From IMG/VR virus record IMGVR_UViG_3300008952_002784, positions 64,001 to 128,000 of that record: DNA of 64,000 bases; one strand, written 5' to 3'. This document shows positions 19,375 to 30,145 of the stretch, one piece after another. Numbering within the stretch: position 1 is the first letter of the stretch; every line of letters begins with the position of its first letter. The notes under the pieces are model-generated. The model was given only the letters and a program-made list of their open reading frames with translations. It had not been told where the DNA came from and did no database searches. The translations under genes and the position numbers were made by a program. Origin of the DNA: a virus.

Positions 19375-22300
19375 TGGCATTGACAACGCTGGGCGGTACT
19401 ACAAGCACTACCAGAGACACTGGAGTAGCTACTAGTTCATCATCACAAACATCTAGCAAGAGTGGAACAGTTTCAGCTGATATAACTAATTTGCTCGAGA
19501 CTGGTACTAGTTATGATGATCTGATGTCGGTAAATCTGACTATAATTGCTGATGCGCTAACAGAAGAAGAAGAACCCGCGGGCGTTATAGATGCACTAGA
19601 ATTGGGTGTAGTTTCTCTAGAAACAGTTGCAGAGCCTACATCACAAAAAACTAGAGTAACTGTCAATAACTCATTCTCTTTGAGTGAAGTGACGGGATTT
19701 CTATCTGATATAAACACAGATGGCACTCGACCTAAAGTAATACTATCAATTGATGCAGCAGATTTTGCAGTATTTGATACACATAATTTATTGCAAGCAC
19801 GCCGTCTAGTCAGGTATATGCGCACTTCTAACTTAGATGCACTAACAGACTCTGCAATGAGTGTTGATCCAGATGGAATTATGACTGCACTGGCAGAGAA
19901 TGTTGCTGTGATAGACGAGGAATTGGTCGATCAATTTGCAGCAATACAGTATGCTAGAAAGACTATGAACACAGCAGCTGATGCAATAGATTTAAAATTC
20001 TCAGAAGTAGCAATAATGGATCTAGCTGCTTCAAATTCATCAGATCTACTAACTGATTCTGAAGCATCTGGATTTATACCGCCAGCATCATTTGAGGGCT
20101 TTCTCAAGTCAATGGTAGGGATTACAGGCTATGATCCTGGAGAAACATCAAATACTAAAATGATTGCAATTGCATGTAATGACATTGTGAGGTCAATATA
20201 TACACTCGGCCCTGGCGCAGACGCTGGCCCTAGTCGAGGAGGTCAATCAACAACTGAGGGATACGTTTCATTCGGAGTAACAGAAGCATCTTCTGGCCTC
20301 CCGGAATCTTCAACATATCATAATAGTCGAAAAGAAGATCTATTTTCACCCGGACTTCATAACTTAAGTGCGCTAAGATTTCGTAAGTCACTGTATTCTC
20401 CAGTTTGGGCTGGTGATATTTCACTTATTGATCAGCTCTCAACTGATTCTTTGAGTGACAGAGCAGTAGCAATTGCAACAACGTTGTCAAACATACTGAT
20501 AACATCGGCAGGAATAGGTCGTTTAAGCGGTACTGAAATGGGCTCGAGATTCTCAGTTACAGATGGTTATGGGGGTTTAGAAAAAGCTTTTGGTGCCCTT
20601 CCAATGACAGTCACAGATAATATACTCAATATGTCATTTGAAGAAGGCTCTATTCTCGACTCAGTTGTCATTGGCGAAGAATTGGGAGACACAGAGTTAA
20701 GAATTCTACCATTTGAGTCAGGACACTACCCGAATCAAACATCACCACCAGTTGTCTCGGGTCGTGACTATTTTACAGAGCTTCCAATACGTTATCCGAC
20801 TGCTGGAAGAACTAACAATTTTTCTGAATTTGCTAGCAGTTTTTCATCGATAGTTTCAGATTCGGGTGATTACTTAGAAGAATTGTATGCAGTATCTGAG
20901 GACACTAACTTATCACCCGACAAGATATTAGCTGCTGTTTTGCAAGAATTTGCAACGTATCTTCAAAAACTATCTATATCGTCTAGTAGTTTTGACTATA
21001 ATGAAATGACTGCTCTTTCATGCAAAGTATATAGTGAGGCGCGCGCTCATGACGGCGTAGCAAGATATGACGCATATTCAGATTCAGAAATGCCGTCTGC
21101 AATCTCATCAGGGTATGCGGGTATAGATTCATTTTATGGTGAAGCTACACTGTCAAGTATGCTTTCTGGACAATACACAACTAGCACATCCGGCGCCAGT
21201 GTGCGTGGTTTGACGATGATTCAAATGCTAGCACGTCAATCATACTTGATGTCTTACGAATATGATCAATTATTATCTGATACTGAAAAGTCGGTAATAC
21301 CCACATCAAGTAATCTAGATGTTTTTGCTGATGATGTATATGCATCAGATTCTTTGTCAACATCTGTCAAAAACTATAGAATTGCCCTAGAAAAACATTA
21401 TAATTCGGGAGGATCTTCATCAGTTACAGCAGACGGAATTCTAGACGAAACAATAAGTATATCACCCTCTATACTGTCGCAAGCTGAGTCTTTAATACTC
21501 TTTAGAGACATGACAAATAATAGGCGAGGTAACTTATCAAAAACAAGCTACATAGAAGAAGACGGTTGGAACATTGATAATAGTACAGATCCTCTATCAC
21601 TATACAATGGTGACGGATTTGGTGTAATTACTGATTCACCTGACGACTCTTTAGTATACTCATCTGTTAGATTCACTAGATCGTTGCAAAAAGCCGCGAT
21701 GGAATTGTCGAAACGTAACGGCGCCGACGAAACATCGTATCTAGATTCAAATGGATTGACTAACTTTGGAAATGTCAGTGATAATCAAATTATGTTTCTG
21801 GTTACAGATTTATATTCAACACTAGCCAAGATGTTATTTTCGATAAAGGCTGCATGGTGCAGTAGTGAATATCAAATAGATACAACAGAAACTACAGAGG
21901 CACAAAATGTAGCACTTGAGGTGAAATTTGGTGGTGTTAGCGGAACATCTGATGTAACTCTCAAATCCGGAGTTGCTATGCTTGATTGGGACCATGACAT
22001 GCACCAAAAGATGTCATCAACACTTGCAGCTTTAGTAAGTTCAATACAGACAGGGTCAAAATTAACTGACTTGTTCACATCAACAGGAGAAGAATCATCG
22101 ATAGCAGGGGTGTCTAAGACATCTGTTATTTCTTTAGAGGGTACAACTCCTGACATGCTGATAAACATGCTGGAGCGATCAAAATTAACACGACGACATG
22201 TAAAGTATTGTGCCAGCCTACTAAAATCTGTTGCAGACAACTTAACTAATTCTTCGTCCAATGCACTAGATCTAGTTGATTTTCTATCAAACCCCAGTAC

Positions 22301-23648
22301 AAACAGTCTAGAATCCTCAGGCATGTCAGATTCTTCTGTGGACTTTTTAGCAAAAATATATACTGCAGCAGCCAAACAACCCGGTGGTAATGAATATCAA
22401 ACATTTAGACACTTGACATCTCAGCAACTATCGCTTAAGTTAGTTGACAAAGAAAGGATGACGTCTGAAGACGGCAGATCATCTTACACAATGAAGTCAG
22501 CCACTATGTGCAAAGCAGAAAGAGTTGCTGTAGACTCACTAGTTGATAAGATTGCCGAAGAAGATGAAGAGTACGGTAACGGTTACATAATATCATCGAT
22601 AGGCATGCCATCAGGAGCAATTGAATTACTTCGAAGACCTACTGGCTTTTCCGGTGAAGCATTATCATCTAACACGTCTACACAAATAAAAGTAACTAAG
22701 TCAACAGTTTCTGAGGTTTTCAAGACTCTTACGTACCCAAGTCAATCTGTGACATTTGACTTTGAATTATTTTTGCTACCAGACTCTTTTGATAGCATAA
22801 CTACCATAGTAGACACTGGAGAAGACACGACAACGTCTGCGTTGTGGGCTGATGTTGTCGATTCTGCAATACTCTATAGAGTAAGAGCTGGAGAAATAGT
22901 AGAATCTGGAAACTGGACATCTCTGGGTATATCTGTAGATGTTGCGGAAGCACATGTTCGAAGCCATGTCGTATCTCTACTATTTTTTGAAATATTTGGA
23001 ATATCACTTTCAGAAGGCGATTTCTTTATCAATAGTATGTCATCAATATCAAAACCGGCTATAGATAAGGAAGCGTACGATACTTTAGAATCAGTGTTAT
23101 CTGACACTAGTGTGGCATCATCAAGCGGACTAAACGCAAATTCTTTGCACAAACTTCTACTGCCGGGAAAACATAACAATGATTTCTATTTTGCTATTTC
23201 TGATGGTACTCTAGACAACACAATTCATGGAAAGGACGTCACAGTTGATGTGGAGGGGACACAAGTAGTCGTTACAACCCCACCGTCAGCAACACGAGAA
23301 GAACTTCGAAGAATTGTCTCACTGGGTCAAACAAATCTTTACGCCGGGAAAATTAAGAATTCTAGAATAATGGCACCGTCTAGATTTGACAGAGTATTTA
23401 ATTTTATGTTACCAAAAGTGTATAGTGACGGTGATCAGGTAAACAACATAGCTTCGTCAGGAACTAGCAACTTGCCTGGCGCGACAGTAGATCTACAGTC
23501 AGATATTCAGTCACTGCAAGATGCAGTAGTCAATTATGATGTAGATGACACCGGAACAAGCACAATTAATGTTGGTAACAATTCAATTGAAGTTAAAGAA
23601 TTGGCTTATCACTTAGATACAATTTACTATTCAGTAGAAATGGTATAA
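19374..23648 (+). CDS. Large acidic Ser-rich hypothetical virion protein
   Basis: 1424-aa ORF coupled by TAATG within the structural cluster; no recognisable motif. Confidence 0.45.
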   Translation: MALTTLGGTTSTTRDTGVATSSSSQTSSKSGTVSADITNLLETGTSYDDLMSVNLTIIADALTEEEEPAGVIDALELGVVSLETVAEPTSQKTRVTVNNSFSLSEVTGFLSDINTDGTRPKVILSIDAADFAVFDTHNLLQARRLVRYMRTSNLDALTDSAMSVDPDGIMTALAENVAVIDEELVDQFAAIQYARKTMNTAADAIDLKFSEVAIMDLAASNSSDLLTDSEASGFIPPASFEGFLKSMVGITGYDPGETSNTKMIAIACNDIVRSIYTLGPGADAGPSRGGQSTTEGYVSFGVTEASSGLPESSTYHNSRKEDLFSPGLHNLSALRFRKSLYSPVWAGDISLIDQLSTDSLSDRAVAIATTLSNILITSAGIGRLSGTEMGSRFSVTDGYGGLEKAFGALPMTVTDNILNMSFEEGSILDSVVIGEELGDTELRILPFESGHYPNQTSPPVVSGRDYFTELPIRYPTAGRTNNFSEFASSFSSIVSDSGDYLEELYAVSEDTNLSPDKILAAVLQEFATYLQKLSISSSSFDYNEMTALSCKVYSEARAHDGVARYDAYSDSEMPSAISSGYAGIDSFYGEATLSSMLSGQYTTSTSGASVRGLTMIQMLARQSYLMSYEYDQLLSDTEKSVIPTSSNLDVFADDVYASDSLSTSVKNYRIALEKHYNSGGSSSVTADGILDETISISPSILSQAESLILFRDMTNNRRGNLSKTSYIEEDGWNIDNSTDPLSLYNGDGFGVITDSPDDSLVYSSVRFTRSLQKAAMELSKRNGADETSYLDSNGLTNFGNVSDNQIMFLVTDLYSTLAKMLFSIKAAWCSSEYQIDTTETTEAQNVALEVKFGGVSGTSDVTLKSGVAMLDWDHDMHQKMSSTLAALVSSIQTGSKLTDLFTSTGEESSIAGVSKTSVISLEGTTPDMLINMLERSKLTRRHVKYCASLLKSVADNLTNSSSNALDLVDFLSNPSTNSLESSGMSDSSVDFLAKIYTAAAKQPGGNEYQTFRHLTSQQLSLKLVDKERMTSEDGRSSYTMKSATMCKAERVAVDSLVDKIAEEDEEYGNGYIISSIGMPSGAIELLRRPTGFSGEALSSNTSTQIKVTKSTVSEVFKTLTYPSQSVTFDFELFLLPDSFDSITTIVDTGEDTTTSALWADVVDSAILYRVRAGEIVESGNWTSLGISVDVAEAHVRSHVVSLLFFEIFGISLSEGDFFINSMSSISKPAIDKEAYDTLESVLSDTSVASSSGLNANSLHKLLLPGKHNNDFYFAISDGTLDNTIHGKDVTVDVEGTQVVVTTPPSATREELRRIVSLGQTNLYAGKIKNSRIMAPSRFDRVFNFMLPKVYSDGDQVNNIASSGTSNLPGATVDLQSDIQSLQDAVVNYDVDDTGTSTINVGNNSIEVKELAYHLDTIYYSVEMV

Positions 23649-23660
23649 GGAGGAGGTACA

Positions 23661-25550
23661 ATGTCACAAACTGCACCTGTGGACTTTATCACAAAGTCTA
23701 TTACAGATTTAAACGTTCCAGACTGTCCTGTTGACTCTCTAGAGACGCGATTTATATATAATTATTTTGTCAACAATGAAATGATTGACGACACAGGCAT
23801 GCCATTACCTGACGGCGGCACTGCAACACAAATACAAGCTTTACTATCAGGTGGAACATCACTTAAGTCACTAGCTAGATATGTCACTTTGCAGTGGTCT
23901 ACGCCAGAACGATTCACATCAAATAATGTGGATCTTTTTCTAGACAATAGTCGACTTATTGATTTGAGTGCAGCATCATCTGCGGGCTTAGTAAATAGAG
24001 AGACAGATGTCACAATTGACGGCCGTGATATCGTAGTTTATCAGGACAAAGATCTAGTCAAACAGATAACTTCTTTGATTGACACATCAGCTCTATATAG
24101 ATTGGGTGCTCTTCCTGGGTCTGAACTTTCTCAAAATGAAGTAGCTACTCTATTGAATGACATGACGCCTGATGATGTAGACGGCGAGCTATTATTAGAG
24201 ATGGCTTCTGATCCAAGTAGATTTGGTGTCACGTACATTAATGAAGCTGAGGGGAAAAAGATCGAGCTAAATCCTTTGAGATCAGCAGCTTCACAAAGAT
24301 TTTCACTTCAAGTAGACAGATCAGTACTAAGAGACATAACAGATCAGCAGTCTAGAAATCCATTTTCGTCTGATTGCGTATTTTCTTTACTTGATAGAAA
24401 GCTAATTGAGGCGTATCAGATGAGCCAAGTTCAAAATGATCATACCGGAATCGATCTAGAGTCAGACTTTGAACCAGCCATTCAGGCTTTTGCTGTGTCT
24501 TCAGGTGTAACAACATACAGCCCACCTGAGCTTAAAATTGCTGGATATGTTGTAGAGAAGTTTGAAGTGTTCAAAGACGGCCGCCGCGAGCTCAAAGAAT
24601 CTATTTTTGTAAGTAATCCGGGTGTTAATCAAACCATTGATACGAAGATAAAATACGGAAAGGCATATGCATATACAGTAAGCACAGTATGTTTGCTCAG
24701 CTTTACAGAAGCAGTAGTGTCTGGTGGGGGAAGCTCAAATGCTAGTCTAGGGGGAAATGCAGCAGGTGGCACAACAACGATGTGTCATGTCTCTTGTCTA
24801 GTTAGATCACGTAGAAGTAGCGAAAGACTAGTTAATTGCACAGAAGAAATTCCGCCTACTCCACCAAATGCAATAACATTTACATACGACTATAAGAAAG
24901 AGTCATTATACATAGAATGGCAAAATCCAGTTGTCAGGCAAAATGATGTTAAAAAAATACAAATATTCCGGAGGTCCTCTATATTTGAGCCGTTTACAAT
25001 AATCGCACAATACGATTTTGACGATTCTATAGAGAAAATAGCAACAGCTGAAGTAGTCAATAGCAATATCAACTTTATTGTACCCGGGCCTATAAGCCAT
25101 CATAGTGATAAAGACTTCTCGAGAAGTACAGGGACAGCAGATGCAATTTACGCATTATGTTCTATAGACGCTCATGGAATGACTTCTAATTATTCAACTC
25201 AATATCATGTAAAATACAATGCTATGAAAAATAACGTAGCAGTCAAGCGGATATCTTCAAAGGGTGCACCAAAACAATATCCCAACTCTTTTTTAGACCC
25301 ACGCTTGGATAAAAATATTTCAAGCCAGCGACTATTAGAAGATAAAATGTCAGACTCTAGAAGATATTCTATGAGAGTATACTTTGATCCTGAATACTTA
25401 CAAGTAAACGACGGCAACGGAGAAGATATGAAATTAATGACATATGACTCCACCGGGGTGTATAAGTTCCTAATATTAAATTTAGACAGGCAAAGAACAA
25501 GAATGTTAACATTTACATTACAAGATAAGCGTACTCCTACACATCAATGA
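23661..25550 (+). CDS. Virion protein with FN3-like domains
   Basis: 629 aa with AGGAGG RBS. GYVVEK...DTKIKYGKAYAYTV and PPTPP...LYIEWQNP...IQIFRR...IYALCSIDAHGMTSNYS are FN3-like. Confidence 0.55.
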   Translation: MSQTAPVDFITKSITDLNVPDCPVDSLETRFIYNYFVNNEMIDDTGMPLPDGGTATQIQALLSGGTSLKSLARYVTLQWSTPERFTSNNVDLFLDNSRLIDLSAASSAGLVNRETDVTIDGRDIVVYQDKDLVKQITSLIDTSALYRLGALPGSELSQNEVATLLNDMTPDDVDGELLLEMASDPSRFGVTYINEAEGKKIELNPLRSAASQRFSLQVDRSVLRDITDQQSRNPFSSDCVFSLLDRKLIEAYQMSQVQNDHTGIDLESDFEPAIQAFAVSSGVTTYSPPELKIAGYVVEKFEVFKDGRRELKESIFVSNPGVNQTIDTKIKYGKAYAYTVSTVCLLSFTEAVVSGGGSSNASLGGNAAGGTTTMCHVSCLVRSRRSSERLVNCTEEIPPTPPNAITFTYDYKKESLYIEWQNPVVRQNDVKKIQIFRRSSIFEPFTIIAQYDFDDSIEKIATAEVVNSNINFIVPGPISHHSDKDFSRSTGTADAIYALCSIDAHGMTSNYSTQYHVKYNAMKNNVAVKRISSKGAPKQYPNSFLDPRLDKNISSQRLLEDKMSDSRRYSMRVYFDPEYLQVNDGNGEDMKLMTYDSTGVYKFLILNLDRQRTRMLTFTLQDKRTPTHQ

Positions 25551-25592
25551 TAGAAAGTATTTTCAACCTTTTACCAGACACGATAAAGTCAT

Positions 25593-25600
25593 ATACTTAA
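25593..25600 (+). promoter_or_regulatory. Putative phage late promoter motif (ATACTTAA)
   Basis: Instance of the recurrent intergenic ATA[TC][TC]TA motif, upstream of 25660. Confidence 0.5.
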
Positions 25601-25659
25601 TGAAGAATCGTAGAATAGTGTCACAGTGGCATATAACATAAAGCGGAGGGCAAGCAATT

Positions 25660-26364
25660 ATGGGTTTCCTTGATCACAGTTCTAATAATATAATCGTCGA
25701 TGCAGTACTTACAGAGAAGGGTAGAGAGATTTTAGCAACAAATGCTGGCGCATTTCAAGTTGTACAATATACTCTAGCAGATGACGAAGTCGACTACAGA
25801 ATTATTGAGAGATTCGGTCGAACAGTTGGAAAAGAAAAAATAATAAAGAATACACCTGTATTTGAAGCACAAACGATGGGTGAAATTGCGCTCAAACATC
25901 CTTTAGTGTCACAGTCAGGGCCCCTGGATACCTTGCCCGTAATGAGTATTGTTTCTCCGACTAGTCTATCTTTTAAGAAAAATAATACAGCAATTACATT
26001 ATCACTTGAAACTAAGATGGAAGGTGTATCAACATCAGTTCCGACAGGGTTTCAAGATACATCATTTATAGTAAGCCTTCCTACAAGATTTCTTAGCTTT
26101 AGATCTTCGACGTCGTCGCAGAAATTATATGATACACAAAATATGCACCAAACTGCAGTTTATAAAGTAGCAGGAAATGCAACAAATATGGGTACAACAT
26201 TATCATTGTCACTATCTGTAAATCAGGGTCTAACGACAACAGACTTCAATGTATACGGTGATCCAAGCACAAACAAATCATCGATTTCGACAATTGTTAC
26301 TGTAATTGGTCATCAATCTGGGCTTCGTGCTGATATGCAAATAGAGATAAGAGATGAAACATAA
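25660..26364 (+). CDS. Virion structural protein (baseplate/tail associated)
   Basis: 234 aa with GGAGG RBS and an upstream ATACTTA motif; conserved-looking N-terminus DAVLTEKGREIL...LADDEVDY. Confidence 0.55.
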   Translation: MGFLDHSSNNIIVDAVLTEKGREILATNAGAFQVVQYTLADDEVDYRIIERFGRTVGKEKIIKNTPVFEAQTMGEIALKHPLVSQSGPLDTLPVMSIVSPTSLSFKKNNTAITLSLETKMEGVSTSVPTGFQDTSFIVSLPTRFLSFRSSTSSQKLYDTQNMHQTAVYKVAGNATNMGTTLSLSLSVNQGLTTTDFNVYGDPSTNKSSISTIVTVIGHQSGLRADMQIEIRDET

Positions 26365-26387
26365 TCATCAATTTATAGAGGGTTGAG

Positions 26388-27656
26388 ATGGGTAGATTAA
26401 AAGACGTTGAGTCAACAAAACAGACTAAATCATATTTGAATCAGTTAGTTGATATCATACAAGAAGATATCTCGGGTTCAAACACGCGCAGAAAATATCA
26501 AGTATTTGTAACTGGTGGCGTCGGTCCCGGTGTTACTAGTTCTTTGTTCCAGACAATTTATGATCAGAATTTTACACTTCAAACTGCTAATCCGATCATG
26601 GATGTTACAGTAGGACTTTATCTTTCTGGCGCAACTGTTCAAACAGCATCAAGCGGGGAAGATAGTTCAGGGAAATTATTATTTCCTTCTACATCGCTAA
26701 TGATGAGGGAGAAAGTTGACATATACAGTCAGTATTCAAAGCTTCTTCTTGGCAATGCTAAGACTGCTTTTTATGCTCCGTATAATGATTCTAATGATGA
26801 CAACAGGATTGAAAATGCCTACTTCATCTCTTTCAAACGTCTTTTCTCACGAGATAAGATCAAGAAAGAAACATTTGCACTAAGATTTTATACTACCGGG
26901 GTTGTTGTTTACCCAGAAGAGAAAGATGGAGATTTGAGTGGAGAAACGTCAGGGATCAATGCAAAACAGCCATACTTCACAAATCTAAATAGAACCAGTA
27001 CAACGGGTAGTACGATATTCACAGATATCGGTGCAGCAACAAATACTGTACAGACATTTGGAGGAGAAGTAGCTAATATTGTACAGGCAGATAACACTGC
27101 AAACAAAGTCGGCCTGATCTTTTATGATCACGGCACTATAGTGTTTGATCTCAACAAGGTAATGTCTGGAACGCAATTCGTTTCCGGTGTTATTGACGGA
27201 ATGAACAATAACACTGCACTAGGGTTGTCTTCAGGGAAGACAGTTATTGGAGGTCTATACGGTGCTGGATCAAAATCAGCGAAATTTATTCCAGACTTAA
27301 TGACGTCAGCATCAATTGATGATATTGTGGATCACATATGTACTACACGATTCTCGTCAGGCACACTCACAGCAATGACATTTCAAAATATTACAACTAT
27401 CAATTCTATGTTGATATTTTGTCGAGCAACTGCAGATGACTTTAACTACTCTTCTAATCCCACATTTACAAATGATGTGGGAAAAATACGTGTCATCGAT
27501 CAGGGCCAGGAACAATTCCAGAGATCGTTTACATTTCCGACGACTGTAGGACTTTATGATGACGTCGGAAACTTATTAGCAGTTGCTAAGATGTCTAGAC
27601 CAATTGAGAAGAACGATGAAAAAGATGTCACGTTCCGCATACGTTTAGATTTTTAG
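26388..27656 (+). CDS. Virion structural protein (baseplate/tail associated)
   Basis: 422 aa. C-terminal FNYSSNPTF...TTVGLYDDVGNLLAVAKMSRPIEK...RLDF domain is shared with the next gene. Confidence 0.55.
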   Translation: MGRLKDVESTKQTKSYLNQLVDIIQEDISGSNTRRKYQVFVTGGVGPGVTSSLFQTIYDQNFTLQTANPIMDVTVGLYLSGATVQTASSGEDSSGKLLFPSTSLMMREKVDIYSQYSKLLLGNAKTAFYAPYNDSNDDNRIENAYFISFKRLFSRDKIKKETFALRFYTTGVVVYPEEKDGDLSGETSGINAKQPYFTNLNRTSTTGSTIFTDIGAATNTVQTFGGEVANIVQADNTANKVGLIFYDHGTIVFDLNKVMSGTQFVSGVIDGMNNNTALGLSSGKTVIGGLYGAGSKSAKFIPDLMTSASIDDIVDHICTTRFSSGTLTAMTFQNITTINSMLIFCRATADDFNYSSNPTFTNDVGKIRVIDQGQEQFQRSFTFPTTVGLYDDVGNLLAVAKMSRPIEKNDEKDVTFRIRLDF

Positions 27657-27679
27657 TTTTAGTAGTAATATGAGTTTTT

Positions 27680-30145
27680 ATGTCAATAATTCCGCTTACA
27701 TCAGATAATTTTGAATTATTCAAATTAACTGCAAATCCTAAGCGAACATTTACTTCAGGAACAGCAGGAGCAACAGGATCTATACCTGTCTTTCCTCGTG
27801 CATCAAAGATAGAAAAAGATCCCCAGCCCTCTGATGATTTTGGAACAGGCTCTTTTGATGCATCGCAAATTGAAGAGTCTAGAAATCAAGCACTAAGCAA
27901 TTCTTTCCTAACTGGAACACAAGTTGCTGATATTAGTAAGTCTGTTGAATATTATATGGAGATGGTTAACTCCGGAACGTTCTCTCCTGTTCGCCAAAAA
28001 AAGTTAGATATTCTAAGATTTGAGCCGTCTTATAAGTTTACCAGTGACACACTGAGAAAAAATGTAGTTCAGAACATTATGTTTCCGTACTATAAGCATC
28101 GTTACCCTGATTTAGACTGGTCATATTACAATTATCACACATTGAACTTTTTCACAGCGTCAACAGTGCCAAGTGACTCTGTTCTGATATATCCTGCATC
28201 GGGAAATTCGTCGACAAATGATTACCCGTACACCCCATCAGATGGATTTACATTTGAGTTTTGGTTGAATGCAAGGTATTCTAATGATGTCTCCGGTACA
28301 TCTTATACTCCGGGTACTATATTTCACAAATCATCATCATATGCAGTTTCATTAGTTTCTGGAACGTCACGTGATAAGGACGGATTAGTTGACGGCTTTA
28401 GAATTCTTTTGCAGCTAAGCCACAGTGCAGATATTCCGCCGTCTAACATATTGACTACTGGAACGCTCAAGACGAACATTGATGGAACTTCTTTCAAGAA
28501 GGCTGATACCTACTCAGGAAGTGTATCTGGAATAGGTGATCTAATATTCTTGTCTAGTGATAATATGATACAAAAGAACAAGTGGCATCACGTAGCAGTT
28601 CGCTGGGGAGGTCCCAATATCAACAAAGGGACTGGTTCATTTGTCATAGACGGAATTGAAGATACACGTTTCATAATACAATCCTCGTCAATAATGCCAA
28701 CCACATTTTCAAGATCAGGACAAGGTGAGTCTGATTGTCTATTTGTAGGCAATTATTTTGAAGGTGTCAATAATGGTGATGATGATTGGGGTGGAAGTGT
28801 TACTGCACAATTCTTCAATGTCAATGCATCAAAGAAAGATGGCTTGGTAGACTTTTTTCACGGAAAGTCATCATTAGACTCAGCAGATTCTAGAGATCCG
28901 TCGTCTGTATTTTTTCAACACCCACTCAATGCAGAAGTTCACAATCTCAAAATATACTCAGAGCATAGAGATACAGAGCAGATATTCACTTCCAGTATGT
29001 ACGGTGATGAGTCTATAGAAGATAAGCTTCTATTTTTACTACCGCCATTTTTCGTAAAAGAGACAAATACAAGAGACGTGATGCTCACGCCATTCGAAAC
29101 AGAAGAGACAACTACAGATGATCCATTTAATGTATCATTGTCATTCGGTGTAGGCGGCCATCTCATTAATTTAGAAAACTTCTCAAGAGAGTTTGTCAGA
29201 AAGTCTTACCCAAGGCTTTATAATCTAACAGCATCAGTAGTTGAATCTTCTACTGGTGAATTCACAGCAAATCAATTTTTATACAAGACAGGATCAGCCT
29301 CAAAGAGAAATCTTACAGTACTGCCGTGTGATAATGGAAAATTTACCCCTAACTTTACGCTTTTGAAGTCTGGATCTGATCCCGACAATCCCACTTCATC
29401 TGACGAAACATCAAAATTTGTAGATGACATGGGCTTTGCGAAGTATGGTCTTATATCACTTCGCAATATGGTGTCGACATCCTCACTTCCGAGTGGGGCA
29501 CAGTCAACAGGCTCTATCGCAGATGTTTTACAGGGCGCAGGTCCAGAAGACCCAGGAGTCAGTGCAGGATCTATTCTTACAATTCTAAACAGAACACGAG
29601 ATCCCTCATCTAATGAAGTTGTATTTTTTGATGTGTCAAACATGTTTTATGGTAGAAAAATAGTTCCAGGGACATTCAAACTTTATGACTCGAGTGTAAC
29701 AGGTTCTGACGGCAAAGTCAAGATGACAATAAGAGATGACGGCAACGGTCGTCTATATCGCGCAGATAGTAGAACCACTAACGCAACGTGGAATACAATT
29801 GGAAACATCTTGTACGAAGAGGGTATTGTTGTAATAAAGACACCAAACATTCCTTTGCTTGGCATAGATGGTTATGAGGTATCATTGACAGGAGAACATA
29901 ATGTATATGTCATGGAAATGAATATTCCGTGCCCTAAGGGACTAGCCAACTCTTCGTCTAATCCAAACTGGATGCCCCTTAAGCCCACAGACTCTTCAAA
30001 TGAGTTAAGGGATCAGTTTACATACATAACCGGAATTAATCTTCACGATGAAAATCTCAATGTTATAGCTCGAGCAAACCTTTCCCAACCGGTTGTAAAA
30101 AGAGAAGACGATAGATACCTCTTTAGATTCAAGATGGATTTTTAG
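27680..30145 (+). CDS. Virion structural protein with LamG-like domain, paralogue of the preceding gene
   Basis: 821 aa. LamG motifs FTFEFWL...KWHHVAVRW; C-terminal NSSSNPNW...ITGINLHDENLNVIARANLSQPVVK...KMDF. Confidence 0.55.
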   Translation: MSIIPLTSDNFELFKLTANPKRTFTSGTAGATGSIPVFPRASKIEKDPQPSDDFGTGSFDASQIEESRNQALSNSFLTGTQVADISKSVEYYMEMVNSGTFSPVRQKKLDILRFEPSYKFTSDTLRKNVVQNIMFPYYKHRYPDLDWSYYNYHTLNFFTASTVPSDSVLIYPASGNSSTNDYPYTPSDGFTFEFWLNARYSNDVSGTSYTPGTIFHKSSSYAVSLVSGTSRDKDGLVDGFRILLQLSHSADIPPSNILTTGTLKTNIDGTSFKKADTYSGSVSGIGDLIFLSSDNMIQKNKWHHVAVRWGGPNINKGTGSFVIDGIEDTRFIIQSSSIMPTTFSRSGQGESDCLFVGNYFEGVNNGDDDWGGSVTAQFFNVNASKKDGLVDFFHGKSSLDSADSRDPSSVFFQHPLNAEVHNLKIYSEHRDTEQIFTSSMYGDESIEDKLLFLLPPFFVKETNTRDVMLTPFETEETTTDDPFNVSLSFGVGGHLINLENFSREFVRKSYPRLYNLTASVVESSTGEFTANQFLYKTGSASKRNLTVLPCDNGKFTPNFTLLKSGSDPDNPTSSDETSKFVDDMGFAKYGLISLRNMVSTSSLPSGAQSTGSIADVLQGAGPEDPGVSAGSILTILNRTRDPSSNEVVFFDVSNMFYGRKIVPGTFKLYDSSVTGSDGKVKMTIRDDGNGRLYRADSRTTNATWNTIGNILYEEGIVVIKTPNIPLLGIDGYEVSLTGEHNVYVMEMNIPCPKGLANSSSNPNWMPLKPTDSSNELRDQFTYITGINLHDENLNVIARANLSQPVVKREDDRYLFRFKMDF

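Noticed and set aside
19374-23648. Tape measure protein call for the 1424-aa ORF
   Set aside because: There is no clear Ala/Gly/Lys helical periodicity, and it does not follow the tail tube/chaperone genes; size alone is insufficient.
25617-25633. Small hairpin TGTCA-CAG-TGGCA in the 25551-25659 gap
   Set aside because: The stem is short, with a G-U pair, a 3-nt loop and no U-tract; too weak to call.
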